Shown here one piece after another: positions 1-12,253 of a DNA stretch of 56,455 bases; the stretch's first letter is position 1, and each line of letters opens with the position of its first letter. The notes below the pieces were generated by a model. It was given only the letters and a program-made list of their open reading frames with translations, did no database searches and was not told the origin of the DNA. The position numbers and the translations under genes are program-made. The stretch is from Octopus bimaculoides (Eukaryota), in the NCBI RefSeq assembly GCF_001194135.2, contig NC_068992.1, positions 12,540,676 through 12,597,130 on the forward strand. Reading direction: 5' to 3'.

Positions 1-2034
1 TGTGTGTGTGTGTGTATACATATCGTTTCATATCTTTTATTTATTTATTTTTGTTGCAAAAAAACAAAATTATTTTTGGTTGCAAACTCCGCTGTTTCTG
101 TTCTGAATTTTGTCATTTTGTATTGTTCTGAATCCCTTGTCTATTTGTAGCCAATCAACGTCATCCTCCACATCGTCATTGTTATTCTGGTCGTCGCTGT
201 TTTCATGGTGACTATTGCAATTATATTCATTATTGTTGAGAACAAGGTACTCTACGAGGAAAACGCTGAGTATGCTTATTTTAGTGAACGAAAAAAAAAA
301 GTTAATAATCAATGTTGCCTTCGCTGTGACAATGATGGCAAAAGTCCAGGGGAAATATATATAATATAAATATATATTTATTATTTGTATTATCGAAACT
401 TTTTGTTATTTTCACATGTTGTTATTTTTTATTATCAGTTCTTATACATTAATTCTTATTTCATGTCGATGACAGAAATTTGAATTATTGAAAATTCTGA
501 TTAGTTGGAACTGAATTGATAATCTTTGCTCGGATAAGAGAAAATCTCCTTCTTTCTTTTTTTTCTTTGATGTTGCCCTGTGGCATATATATGTTGTGAC
601 AGTTTCACAAATGTTTTCAGATTTTCTTTTTCTTGTTTGTCTGATTTTCCCCATGTTCCTAACTATGTAAAATTCAACAACAATATTTTCAACAGCATCA
701 TCGTTTATGTTCCGTATATTTTTTTATTTTTTATCCTTTTTAGCAATGACAAATTCTAAATTCCTAGTAGAAAAATTTAGATAAAAAAATATTAAAAAAA
801 CTAGTTATCTTATACGTTCATTTGTACAAACGTTTCATGTAAGACTTGAAATATTTCTGTTGAAAAGAAAACAAATCCCTTTAGGTGAAAACAGAATATA
901 GTTTTGCTATATTTAGTTTATAGGAAGGAGGCGGCAACGGCCGGTTTTGTCCTTCCACGACCAATAAAATCGATGATGTTGAGGTGGAGATTTGATATTT
1001 GTATGTCTGTTTATGACGAAATATGGCAAAGGAAGATTAAAGTCGAGATACGATTTCGTTAATAGATTGCAATGCATCAGTAAGAAGTTCGCTCCGCGAG
1101 CATAGGCCTCCAGTTGGATTCCAATCTGCCGCACTTTGGCCATAAATCCGATGGCTGGCCAATACATTGCGAGTGGAATTTGCTAAACAGAAAAAAATAG
1201 AACGTCTAAAAGAACGCTGCATGTGTTTCTGTGTATGTAGATGTACATATGTGTGATTACACACACACACACACACGTGGAGCTGGATGAAGCTGTTATT
1301 AAAAACAAATCTGACTGAAATTGCGAAATGGCACTTTGTTTTCATTTGTTCACGCATACGCATGCGGGTGGGACGGGGAAGCTGCGTAAGCGTGTGTGTG
1401 TAAGATGCGTTTGTGAATTTTTACAAAGACTTTGTAAAATATTCCATTATTTTTAATGAAACGAAGATCCGAGTCAGTTGACTATGTTACATATACGTAA
1501 ATCTACGAGTTAAGAGAACATGAAGTAAGGCAGTATCTCCAGGAAAATATGTCTGGTTAGAATTAACAGCAATTCATTAACGTATTATAACTTTTCACTG
1601 AAATAAAACAATTTGAGAAAATGTGTTTCGGAATGGCAAACTCATTATCTTGACGTAGATCTTAGCTTAGAATTTCTTTTTCCAGACAACATCGTAGGAT
1701 TTACTTATAAGAAAGGAAATAACATACTTTAGCCGAAGATATCAAATATCATTGACTACTGAAATATAATGAAATCACTGAAGTTGTGCCAAATGTTGTT
1801 CATATACGTATTTAGTTCTTTTTTTTCTCTTTTAAATAAAGAGAATGCACCGACATATCACTTACGTCAATGATTGGCACCTATGTCTTTTAATGTCTAC
1901 TTCCTCCGCCACTAAAAGTCATCTCGAATTATTGCGGTGTTTTTATTTCTAGTTTTTGTAACATACAAATTACACAATATCTATCACACAACAGCAAAAA
2001 CAAACATGAAATATGTCTTGTTAATTCAGTGGGT

Positions 2035-2185
2035 GGCTTGCCAGGGAGTTTCCCAACTACATGGTTCCGGGACCAGTTCCACAATGCAGCAGTTCGAGTA
2101 TCTTCTATTAGAGCACCGGGTCGAGCAATCGTCGTGAGTGAATTTCGTTGAGGGAACCTGAAAGAAGCCTGTAGTATATATATTT
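2035..2185 (+). mobile_element. Decayed SINE (family also at 9588-9722)
   Basis: Aligns by eye with the reverse complement of 9588-9722 (ttccca.c.acat.gttccgg ... gggtcga ... gtgagtg.attt ... gagggaa.ctga.agaa) and runs into a (TA)/(TG) tail. Confidence 0.7.
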
Positions 2186-2202
2186 ATATATATATGTGTG
2201 TG

Positions 2203-2268
<66 letters not shown>

Positions 2269-3128
2269 TTTGTGTTTATGTTTATCTCCCCTCCATCGCT
2301 TGTGAACAAGAGAAGTCTGAATATATATATAAGGGACAAAAATCTGAAATTCGCTGTGTTTGTGTCCCACTTTCAATTTCGGATTGTATTTATTTTATGA
2401 GGATCAAAATATTTCCAAACATTTCTTCCCCAAATTTTAAATGAGGCGAATAATATTCGAATAGTTCTACATTGCATTTCCCTCTTTTCTGGATGTAAAT
2501 TATATATGCTCCCATAAGGATAACTTTATGGAAAATATCGTAGTTTACTGAAGTTTAATCTTCGACCTCATATTACTCATGTTTTATTTATAGGGTATCA
2601 GAAAGATGACAGAATAATTTTACCAAGCTACGATTCAGCACATAATGGTAGCGATGTACCAAAAAGGAACAAGATTAACAGTCAGACCCTTCCTGCGGTT
2701 CCATTATCTCACGTTAGTCTAACAAGGAAAGAAATCTTCACTAACGTATAGAAGACGAATATAATTGCATGATTCGACAAGTTTAGAAAGAGTGTTACTA
2801 TTTTTATCAAACTCCGAATCAACGAACGGCAAATTTGACCCTGATGGGAGTTGAATTGAGAATTAAATAGGATGTAGCTAAATACCGAAAGATATTTTAA
2901 TTCCTCTGCTTCTACCATCACAAGGCAACAATGTTAATTTCTGACCGATGAATATTTATGAACAACTCATCTTAGAGATTTGATGCTAACTCTTTCACAT
3001 AACTGCGAACAATAAGCCTGTATTTAAGAAACTTCAGGTACCCTAGTATTTAATAAAATTCTAATGAATATTAATGTCAGTTTTCAATGAATTATGTAAC
3101 TTAACTCTTACTGCTGCTATACATTAAT

Positions 3129-3339
3129 TTCGGTTTCGAATTTCGGTTCAAGACCAACAATTTAGAGTGGTTAAGCCGATTACATCGACGCCTGTTTTCA
3201 GCTGGTATTTATTTTATCGACTTCGGAAGGATGAAATGCAACATTGACCCTGGCGGCATTTGAACTCACAACGTAAGCACGGACGAAATGCCACTAAGCA
3301 TTTTCTCCGGCGTGTTACCGATTCTGCCAGCTCGCCGCC
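3129..3339 (-). mobile_element. tRNA-derived SINE, near full length (Octopus-type family A)
   Basis: Minus strand reads ggcggcgagctggcagaatcggtaac (A-box-like) ... gagttcaaatgcc (B-box-like) ... tcgataaaataaataccag. Homologous to 9245-9444, 32185-32400, 38380-38590 and 42909-43112. Confidence 0.9.
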
Positions 3340-4708
3340 ACAGTGTCATACATTAATATCAATCTAGGAAGCGTCCACTGGTTTTATAAATTCTGCCATA
3401 TGCATTTTACAAATTACAAATTTGAATTTATTGGCTAATTAAGACGGTGTATAATGAACGGAAAACATCTAAAATGCCATTGGTTCGTACCTAGTTAACT
3501 GCATTCAGCTGTAAGATCGATACAAAATTGGCTGTTAGCGTGATTGGTTTATTCACAATGTGTTTACATATGGGGTTTGGAGTAGATAATATCACTAACA
3601 ATGCAAACACCTTCTCAAAACTATTAGCTAAAACAACTTCAGAATTTCGGAGAGAATTACCATTTTTACTAGTCGTATTTCGCCCCCTGTGAAAATTGAG
3701 ATATATGAGTAAGCTAATATGCATATTGATTTATTCCATAGATGCAATACCGTGGAGATAATGATAAAGCTTTCCTCGAGAATATTAAATATCTATAAGT
3801 TTGTCGACTCACGCAGTCTACTGAAACTCAAATGTAACAGACACTGTGTTTCACAAGATAGTGGTCTATTTCCTTCCTATCGCATACGACCTAAATGAAG
3901 TGACTCCGTTTCATGTTAAAGCAGAAAAAGTAAATAGTTACTTCCGACGGTTTTCTCAAAGACATTAATTAACTAAATTTGCATCACACTAGAGTTCGAT
4001 CCTACTTGGATCGAACCCTACATGCAAGTTCCACATTGTCGGTTCTCAAATTGTTTACTTTATTTTCCTTTAACAGTACTATGCAGAGGGAAATGTTGAC
4101 CAATTTCTTTTGACTACAAAATTGGAAAGGGAACTTTTTCAATTATATATATNNNNNNNNNNNNNNNNNNNNNNNNNNNNNNNNNNNNNNNNNNNNNNNN
4201 NNNNNNNNNNNNNNNNNNNNNNNNNNNNNNNNNNNNNNNNNNNNNNNNNNNNNNNNNNNNNNNNNNNNNNNNNNNNNNNNNNNNNNNNNNNNNNNNNNNN
4301 NNNNNNNNNNNNNNNNNNNNNNNNNNNNNNNNNNNNNNNNNNNNNNNNNNNNNNNNNNNNNNNNNNNNNNNNNNNNNNNNNNNNNNNNNNNNNNNNNNNN
4401 NNNNNNNNNNNNNNNNNNNNNNNNNNNNNNNNNNNNNNNNNNNNNNNNNNNNNNNNNNNNNNNNNNNNNNNNNNNNNNNNNNCCGTTAGATTCTCTTCAG
4501 TAGTTCAGCACGGAATTTTGTCTGTGAAGAGGTTGCGGTCTCAAAGCGGCGAAAATATTTTCACAAATTAAATTTAACTGTTGAATAAATCTAACGGTTT
4601 TTGTGTGTTTTTAAATGGCTTATAATAAACACTTTCCATGCTGCAATTGTTATTGTTTCTACACACGATCTCAGATCATGTCACGTGCTATGCAAGTATA
4701 TCTCCGTA

Positions 4709-4746
<38 letters not shown>

Positions 4747-5055
4747 CTTAAAGTATTTAGTGGCTTGAAAAAAATTAATTTAGGGAAGTTGAATGATACA
4801 AATCAGTGAAACCCTATGTACTTGATCATCTGATTGAACATATAGTATATTCTTCTAGCGATATACAGTTATGGATATCCACAATGCCTTGTTACACGCA
4901 GCAGCGGTGGGATTTTAGGCAAACATAAAATTATTCAAGTCAACGAAGCAACACATATATGGTTACCTGACCAGCGAGAATTGGCAACACTTACACAAGT
5001 TATAGCCTACATTCTTAAAAATCATTTATATTTTGTCTTAGATGCATTGTTTACG

Positions 5056-5200
5056 AAGACGCGTGGATTAGTAGAGAGGATAAATGGCTCACGATCATAA
5101 GGTCCTTGGTTCGATTCTTGGACGAGGTCGTACATGCTGCCTTTGAGTAACGCTCTTCATTTTCTGTTGCCCTATCTCCAATGAATTCTGTTCAAGTACC
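5056..5200 (+). mobile_element. Decayed tRNA-derived SINE
   Basis: A-box-like gcgtggattagtag, B-box ggttcgattc at about 5108-5117, then a degenerate ccttgag-aa motif typical of SINE bodies. Confidence 0.5.
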
Positions 5201-5529
5201 GGAGCAGAGCCCTCTCTATTCAGCAGTCATATTCTTGATATTTTGATGGGTGAAATGTAGAAAGTTCGAGATGGTACGTATGTCTGCTTGTAAATATATA
5301 GGCACCTAGCATAGTCCGCGTAGGCAATGTATAAATACTACCGAGTCATAGCTGCTTTTACGAAATATTTTCTGAGTAGAAATATCGGCTGGCAACAGAC
5401 GATACACAATGAAAACGTCCATTAGCTTTACCAGATATGAACTGGATTAGGCAACAATAGTAGATTTTAACTGGTGAAATTTTAAACTTACAACCTGTAA
5501 AGCGAAGTCAAAACTTAAAACTTCTTATC

Positions 5530-5807
5530 TGTACGTAATGGCACCACGTAGTTCTCGGGGATATTCAGCGTGACACAGTGTGACAAGGCTGGCCCTTTGA
5601 ATTACAGGTACAACAGAAATAGGAAGTAAGAGTGAAACAAAGTTGCGGTGAAAGACTACAGCAGGGTTCGCCACCTTCCCTGCCAGAGCCTCGTGGAGCT
5701 TTAGGTGTTTTCGCTCTATAAACACTCACAACTCTCGGTCTCCGAATCGAAACCGCAATCCTATGACCACGAGTTCACTGCTCTAACCACTGGGCCATTG
5801 CGCCTCC
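5530..5807 (-). mobile_element. tRNA-derived SINE (family B)
   Basis: Minus strand begins ggaggcgcaatggcccagtggttagagcag (A-box) ... gcggtttcgattc (B-box), followed by ~200 bp of non-tRNA body; preceded by (CA)n on the + strand side. Confidence 0.85.
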
Positions 5808-6091
5808 ACACACACACATACATATACATATGCACACACATACACACGTATGTGTATATATGTATTATAGTAAAACTCTATTGCTTCTCCTGCTTTCTCA
5901 CATTGTGTAATTACTAAGCACTCCCTTGCAGAAAACAATGCTCAGCAGCCAAAGTGTGAATTATCAGTCTTTTTTGCGATCATCTAAACACTACTAAATA
6001 TATTGAACAAACTTTACTCCTACTCACCCAAAAGAATATCTATGCATATCCATGCAAATATAAATATATGCGTGCATTGGTGCGCGTATAT

Positions 6092-6133
<42 letters not shown>

Positions 6134-6949
6134 ACACACACACACNNNNNNNNNNNNNNNNNNNNNATATATATATATATATATATAATTTTAAATTGAA
6201 TTCCCTTCCACGACTCACGAAGCCACCAAGATAACAGGCGAGAACCACTAATTAATTGAAATTCCTGCTCATTGATATCGCTCGCCCCTCGATTGTTAAT
6301 TCGTTCTGCTTGTTTTTGTTTTTCTTTTTTAACCATTGGGTGGTTTGCCCTTGTATTAACTCGTCTATTTGTGCGTTGTCTAGAGCTGCTTGTTTCGTTG
6401 GTTGCTTTCCTAATGTCGTTTTGTTATGTTATTTTATTCTCTTTTACCAGCAGAATTATTTAGGGGTTCCCTCAGTCTGATGATTTCTTACTTTGCTTTT
6501 GTTCTATTTTTTATGCTTTGCTGCTTTCATTTTTGTCAGCTAATTCGTCAGAAACATTTGTTGCCTGCAGAATTATTTCCCGGTTCGTTGGGTGTATTTC
6601 TTCTTTTTTCTAATTCACTTTTCTTTTATTTTATGAAATTATAAGAGTGCTTTTATCTTCGGATTGTTGAGCACATTTACTGTTTATCAACTTCATTATG
6701 TTCCGCTTGTTGATTGACTTTCGCAGCTGTAAAGGCTTGTTTTCCGATTCATTGGTCATGCATCCTGTTTGTTGTTGTTGTTGTTGTTGTTGTTTTGTCT
6801 CTTTGTCAAAGGAAGTCATTTTAGTGCTGGTTCTACATGTATAGATAAAAGCATTCATGTATGTGCGCCAACGTGTGTAACATTTTGAGTACATGGCTTG
6901 AATTGGTTCTTTTAACTTCGATTCTTTTATGATGTTTGTATGTACCAGT

Positions 6950-7900
6950 GCGCATGTACGTATTATATGCCAAATGATTATAAACGTTTATGGTTGTAGT
7001 ACGCTTTTATGCTTAATGTTTTTCATCATAGAGGTATTTCTAATCTTAGGTTGGCGCTTCTCTTCTCTCGATTCCAATATCCATGCCGTTCTTGATGGAG
7101 GATTAGTTTATTTTTATATCGTTTCTCCCCTTTAGCATGTTGTGTACGTTTTTCTGATTATGCTATATTAGTCTGCAATCTTTTGGTGACATGTTCTGAA
7201 ATATATAATATAATGTGATAAGCTTACTACAATTTTTTTGCTTTAACGTAAAGCAGAAGTTATTTATCTTTTAATTTTTGTTATGATGCATTTTTTTTCT
7301 GATGATAGCAATATGCTGCGATTAACTTTCTCGAAAGATTTTGTTGATCGCGTTGTTCTTTTTTCACTGTGAAACTGTCCTTCTCACCAGAATGTGTACT
7401 TTGTAAATCAAGTTTTTACGCAGGTTCCATTCAATGCACAATGTCTTGGTTCGCAAGTGTTGCATTGATTTTCCATGTGAGGTATATTTCTTCATATATT
7501 CTTGTCAAGGGTTATTATGACACTGTTTATACTTTTTTTGTGCAGCTGCGTCTAACTTTCATACTATTTCTATTGAATAGCTTGATATATCTATGTCCGG
7601 TTGGGAAGTGCTAGGGGAGTAATGGCAGGAATGTTTATGCATCATTTCTCCTCAAATTTAAGATAAAGAGCGAGTCCAACCAAGTGATGTCTCTTAAACT
7701 GGATATGTGCTTATTGTTAATACCCTTCGTTGTATGGATGTATTGTAATCTTTCTTTGAAACAATCACCTCGAAGGCTTCAGTGTATAACAATGCTATTT
7801 GTCGAATACATTTCCTGTAAGATTTTCTGGCATTTCTTATTGACTATGTTCTTAAAGATTAAGGAAATATAGTTTAAACGTATGCTTTGGTATCAAAACA
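6950..7900 (-). mobile_element. Decayed Penelope-like element (Neptune-type RT-EN linker, Cys motif, start of GIY-YIG region)
   Basis: Minus-strand translation with stops and frameshifts: RDITWLDSLFILNLRRNDA*TFLPLLP*HFPTGHRYIKLFNRNSMKVRRSCT ... QCNTCEPRHCALNGTC ... KNLIYKV. This matches the PLE pattern RxIxWFNPP...FLxLxxKHFP..H...FNRN..KVSYSC ... CNC...CPLxGxC...IYKA. Outer boundaries are approximate. Confidence 0.7.
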
Positions 7901-9244
7901 TCAGGTTTTCTGCAAGAGTTGTATTTTCCAGTTGAATGTTATATTCAAACAATTTACTGTCGATGTGTTCTTTTGAATTGTTATTTTGAGAATAAACCTT
8001 TTTACAACCTAAATTAGGCATTTTCCAATCTCGTTCTCCCATATTAGATTACTAGGATAAGTCGCTTCTTTTTTCCGGTGAATTTATATTTGCGTTTTCA
8101 TACCACTACAAGCACAGAACAAAGAGCTCGTCGAGTGCGAGTCGTGTAATGGCAAGACGTTCTTCAATACATTTTTATAGTTATCAGTTCACTGCAGATT
8201 CTAGCAAAACTTTCTCTCTCTCTCTCTCTTTCTCACTTTGTATGTATGATATGTGTGTATGCGTGTATATTTATAGATGTATGCCTATATTATTTGAAAC
8301 ATGTATGTTGATATGTATATATATGTGTGTGTGTGTGTGTGTGTATGTGTGTGTGTGTGTGTGTATGTGTGTGTGTGTGTGTGTGTGCGTATGAATGTAT
8401 GTGTGTATACATGTAAGTATGTATGTATCTGTCTATCGATCTATCTAACGGAGGATGCATGACTGAAATATTGTGTATATCATAGTTTTGAAGGGGTTTC
8501 CAAATTTTCATGCAAAAACATTTTTATGTGGCTCAAAGAAGCCGAGATGTATCCATACTTGTTTTACATTTGTGTACATATTCACAATTATATATTTAGG
8601 GACCAGCCACAGCGACGGAGTAGATTCGAAACCGAATCCACGTTTTCGTTGATTGTGAGCTGTATTTCTTGTCTTTTGTTTTCTCCTCGCTGCACTCAGA
8701 AATTAATGAGGTTGATTTGACCACTGATAGGTTCTACGGTCGTGGAAAGATCAACCCTTTGCTTTACAATTGACCTACTTCAGTGGCCAAATTTACATGT
8801 ACCCTACGAAATCGTTGAACCTCTTTGATATCTGTCTTCAGACCAACAAGCATCTGGGCCAAATTGAGGAGAGAGAGAGAGAAAGCACATTGCTTATACG
8901 CTTTGTTTGGCTACACAATTCTCATCTTTTCTCCTCCTCTAGCAGCAGACAAGGAAGCTAATTATCACATGCAAAGAATTCATGGAACCGAAAAGTATTT
9001 TGCAACAAACTGCCAACATATCTATACACAAACAAACGGCACTATGCCGTCGTTTTTATTTTATATTGTAACGACGTTATGATCAACTAAACAAATGGTC
9101 ATCTTCACAACTAATTGTTCTTCACGCATTCATTTCTATGATGCATTGTCCTCATTCAAGCTACCTCTTTAATTTCGACATCTTTCTCATCCCAATCATA
9201 TCGTTAAATATGTTTTAGTTTACAGGCCAGTACACATACTTACA

Positions 9245-9444
9245 TTCTTTTCTACTCAAGGAACAAGGCCCGAAATTTATGGGGAGGAAGCCAGTCGATT
9301 ACATCGACCCCAGTACGCAACTCGTACTTAATTTATCGACCCCGAAAGGATGAAAGGTAAAGTCGACCTCGACGGAATTTGAACTCAAAACGCAAAGACA
9401 GACGAAATACTGCTAAGCGTCTCACTTGGCGTGCTAACGTTTCT
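9245..9444 (-). mobile_element. tRNA-derived SINE family A, head slightly truncated
   Basis: Contains tcgaccccgaaaggatgaaaggtaaagtcgacctcgacggaatttgaactc, shared with the other family A copies in the window. Confidence 0.9.
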
Positions 9445-9587
9445 TGATTCTTTATTGTCCACCAGCATAAAGGGGACAGCACTTCCCATGTGGGGACATA
9501 GAATGATAAATCAAAAAACAAACGTATGACAAAGATGAATGATAACATGAAAATGAATAAATGGAATGGGGCCCCTCAGCCCCAATT

Positions 9588-9722
9588 CTCTCAGTTTCCC
9601 TCTACCAAATCCACTCACAAGGCTTTGGTCGACCCGAGGCTATACTGAAAGACACTAAACTAAAGTGCCACGCAGAGACACTGAAACCGGAACTATGTGG
9701 CTGGGAAGTAAGCTTCTTACTC
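9588..9722 (-). mobile_element. SINE (family D)
   Basis: Minus strand gtaagaagcttacttcccagccacatagttccggtttcag ... gtcgaccaaagccttgtgagtggatttggtag; related copies at 2035-2185 and about 51170-51270. Confidence 0.75.
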
Positions 9723-10028
9723 TATAGCCAGAAGTTTAGCCAATGTAATTGTCTTTTAGAATAACTACGATGAAAATAAGATTAGATAACATCATTGATC
9801 CAGACCATTCCTATAGGAATGTATATAATAAGTAACATACACAAAAAAAATTGTAACTCAATTTGAAATATGTCATTCATATGAAAAATGAAACCTAGCA
9901 GTAATTGTCAGCAACTCTCAAACGCAAGGGGCGATAACTCAAGATGAATGATCATAAAATATAACAGAAAACTATTTTCTTACTCCCACCAGAGGTTAGT
10001 GCTTAGAAAGTATGTGTACTAGTTTACT

Positions 10029-10053
10029 GTATCTATCTATCTATCTATCTATC

Positions 10054-10121
<68 letters not shown>

Positions 10122-10186
10122 NNNNNNNNNNATAGATAGATGGATAGATAGATAGATAAAGATAGATAGATAAAAAAAGATAGTTT

Positions 10187-10245
<59 letters not shown>
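10029..10245. repeat. (TATC)n/(GATA)n tetranucleotide microsatellite with an internal 10-N gap
   Basis: Read directly from the sequence. Confidence 0.95.
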
Positions 10246-10931
10246 TGTAAAAGCACATTGTGGTTAACTTGGTGAGACGCAATGAAAAAATATTTCAACG
10301 GATACACATTGTCATGACAAGCCAGGTAAATGGTTGATGCATTCGTGAACTGTCAGTAATACTGCAAAACTATACATTAACAGATAACCAATGATTTATG
10401 AAAAATTAATGTGCATAAATAATGCACATATAGGTAAAACTAAATGTATAGATGCGGCTGTGAATGTTTATACATTTCTTGCGAATATAATGTGTCACGG
10501 AATAGGCCGAGTGTGTTTATGCGCGTAGCATACGTTGTTGGCACTTCTGTTTTTCAATAAACATGAATTTCTGTGTCTAGAGAATGATGCAGTTTCTCAC
10601 ATGGCTTGTGATTCGTGAAGATCCTGAGGTAAGCGAAAAAAAATTATTTAACTTCGAACTGGTGCACCGGAGGTGGAATTAAGAAATGTGGTTGTAGATT
10701 CTATATCGTATATTCTCTATTTTTCTTATTCATGTAGAAATTTCAGTTTGTGCGTAAAACACAAATGCATCATAAGAGACTTATAATTGATGTGTTAAAA
10801 TAACACCGAGAACAACTTTGATTTCAGAATCGAAAATAATGCACTAATAACGTATTAAGGCTTGTTTTGCTTTCTCTCTCTGTTTCTCCTTTCCATCTCA
10901 CTCTTCTTCTCACTCACTCTCTAATTCTCTT

Positions 10932-10989
<58 letters not shown>

Positions 10990-11140
10990 NNNNNNNNNNN
11001 NNNNNNNNNNNNNNNNNNNNNNNNNNNNNNNNNNNNNNNNNNNNNNNNNNNNNNNNNNNNNNNNNNNNNNNNNNNNNNNNNNNNNNNNNNNNNNNNNNNN
11101 NNNNNNNNNNNNNNNNNNNNNNNNNNNNNNNNNNNNNNNN

Positions 11141-11262
11141 GGCAAAACACACCGATAGGATAAATACTAGGCTTACAACGAATAAATCCTGAGATCGATT
11201 TGCTCGACTAAAGGCAGTGATGCAGTATGGCCGCAGTCAATTGACTGAAACAAGTAAAAGTT
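11141..11262 (+). mobile_element. SINE 3' tail fragment (family E)
   Basis: aggcttaca..gaataa.tcctg.g.tcgatttgctcgactaaaggc.gtg.t.cag.atggcc.cagtcaa.tgactgaaacaagtaaaag is nearly identical to 31882-31978. Confidence 0.8.
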
Positions 11263-11299
11263 TTTAAAAAAATATATATATATTTAGTCACTGCTGCGC

Positions 11300-11362
<63 letters not shown>

Positions 11363-11494
11363 CATGTATGTATGTATGTACGTATGTATACATACGCTCG
11401 CTTACAACGAACTCATTAATGTACGATTATTCTAGGCCTACCATTCGTTCTAGGACTGAAGGCGGATAAAGCTACGAAATAAAGAACTAGATAG

Positions 11495-12092
11495 ACCACT
11501 TATGACCTACAAACAATAAGGCAATCCTACAGGGGAAACATCCCGCCTAACCTGCTCCAAATTAGGCCAAGGGCTTTTGATTTGCTGGGAAGGTGATGGC
11601 TGCAGTTTTTTGGGAGTGAAAAAGGCATTGTCTTTATCGACTATATTCAAAAGTGCCTCACCATCAATGGCGAGTAGTATGTCAACTTGCTGAGGCAGTT
11701 GTGGAAGTCTATCGAGACCAAACGCCCAGAAAACCGATGAAAAGGGTCTTTTTTCAGCCGGACAATACTATAACACATGTCCTTGGTCGCAATGGCTGCT
11801 GTGTGTGAGTTTGGATTTGAACTGGTTGATCAACTTCGCTGTTCTCCTGATTTAGCCTCAACATAATAAAATACTTGCTTGGGAAATAGTATCGTAGTGA
11901 CGATGACATCATATCTGCCCTTTGATGAATTTTTGACAAACAGGAAGAAAGATTTGCCACCAATGGTATTCATGCACTGCGACACCGATAAAAGACGTGT
12001 GCAGACTGCAAGGTAGGCTGTGTTGAAGATTTCGCTTAATTTGTTCACTTTCTTGAGACCATCTTGGTAAGCCTATGAACTGTTCAGCAAAT
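11495..12092 (+). mobile_element. Decayed mariner transposon: catalytic domain and 3' end
   Basis: Translation with stops and frameshifts: AGKVMAAVFWE*KGIVFIDYIQK..TINGE*YVNLLRQL..SI..KRP ... SLVAMAAV...GFELVDQ...SPDLA. These are mariner DD34D-family motifs; a TIR-like agcctatgaact..tcag lies at about 12070-12090. Confidence 0.85.
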
Positions 12093-12117
12093 ATTTATAC
12101 ATAATGTTTATCTTGGT

Positions 12118-12253
12118 TTATTTTCATCACTAAACAATGGAGATTATGTAGAATGATACATTATGATTCGCTGAATTACGAGCTCTTATTTTCATCACTA
12201 AACAATGGAGATTATGTAGAATGATACATTATGATTCGCTGAATTACGAGCTC
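12118..12253. repeat. Perfect 68-bp tandem duplication (2 copies)
   Basis: ttattttcatcactaaacaatggag...gaattacgagctc at 12118-12185 and 12186-12253. Confidence 0.95.

Noticed and set aside
151-246. Hydrophobic TM-like frame PINVILHIVIVILVVAVFMVTIAIIFIIVENK between AG and GT
   Set aside because: It is most simply a degenerate ATC/GTT trinucleotide tract; similar tracts at 35720-35880 and about 37340 give the same pseudo-TM peptides. No phase-compatible next exon.
2030-2133. Exon-like segment with AG/GTGAGT boundaries and open frames on both strands
   Set aside because: It aligns with the SINE at 9588-9722, so it is repeat-derived.
5745-5807. tRNA-like sequence with A and B boxes
   Set aside because: No closed acceptor stem is evident and it continues into a SINE body, so it is a SINE head, not a tRNA gene.
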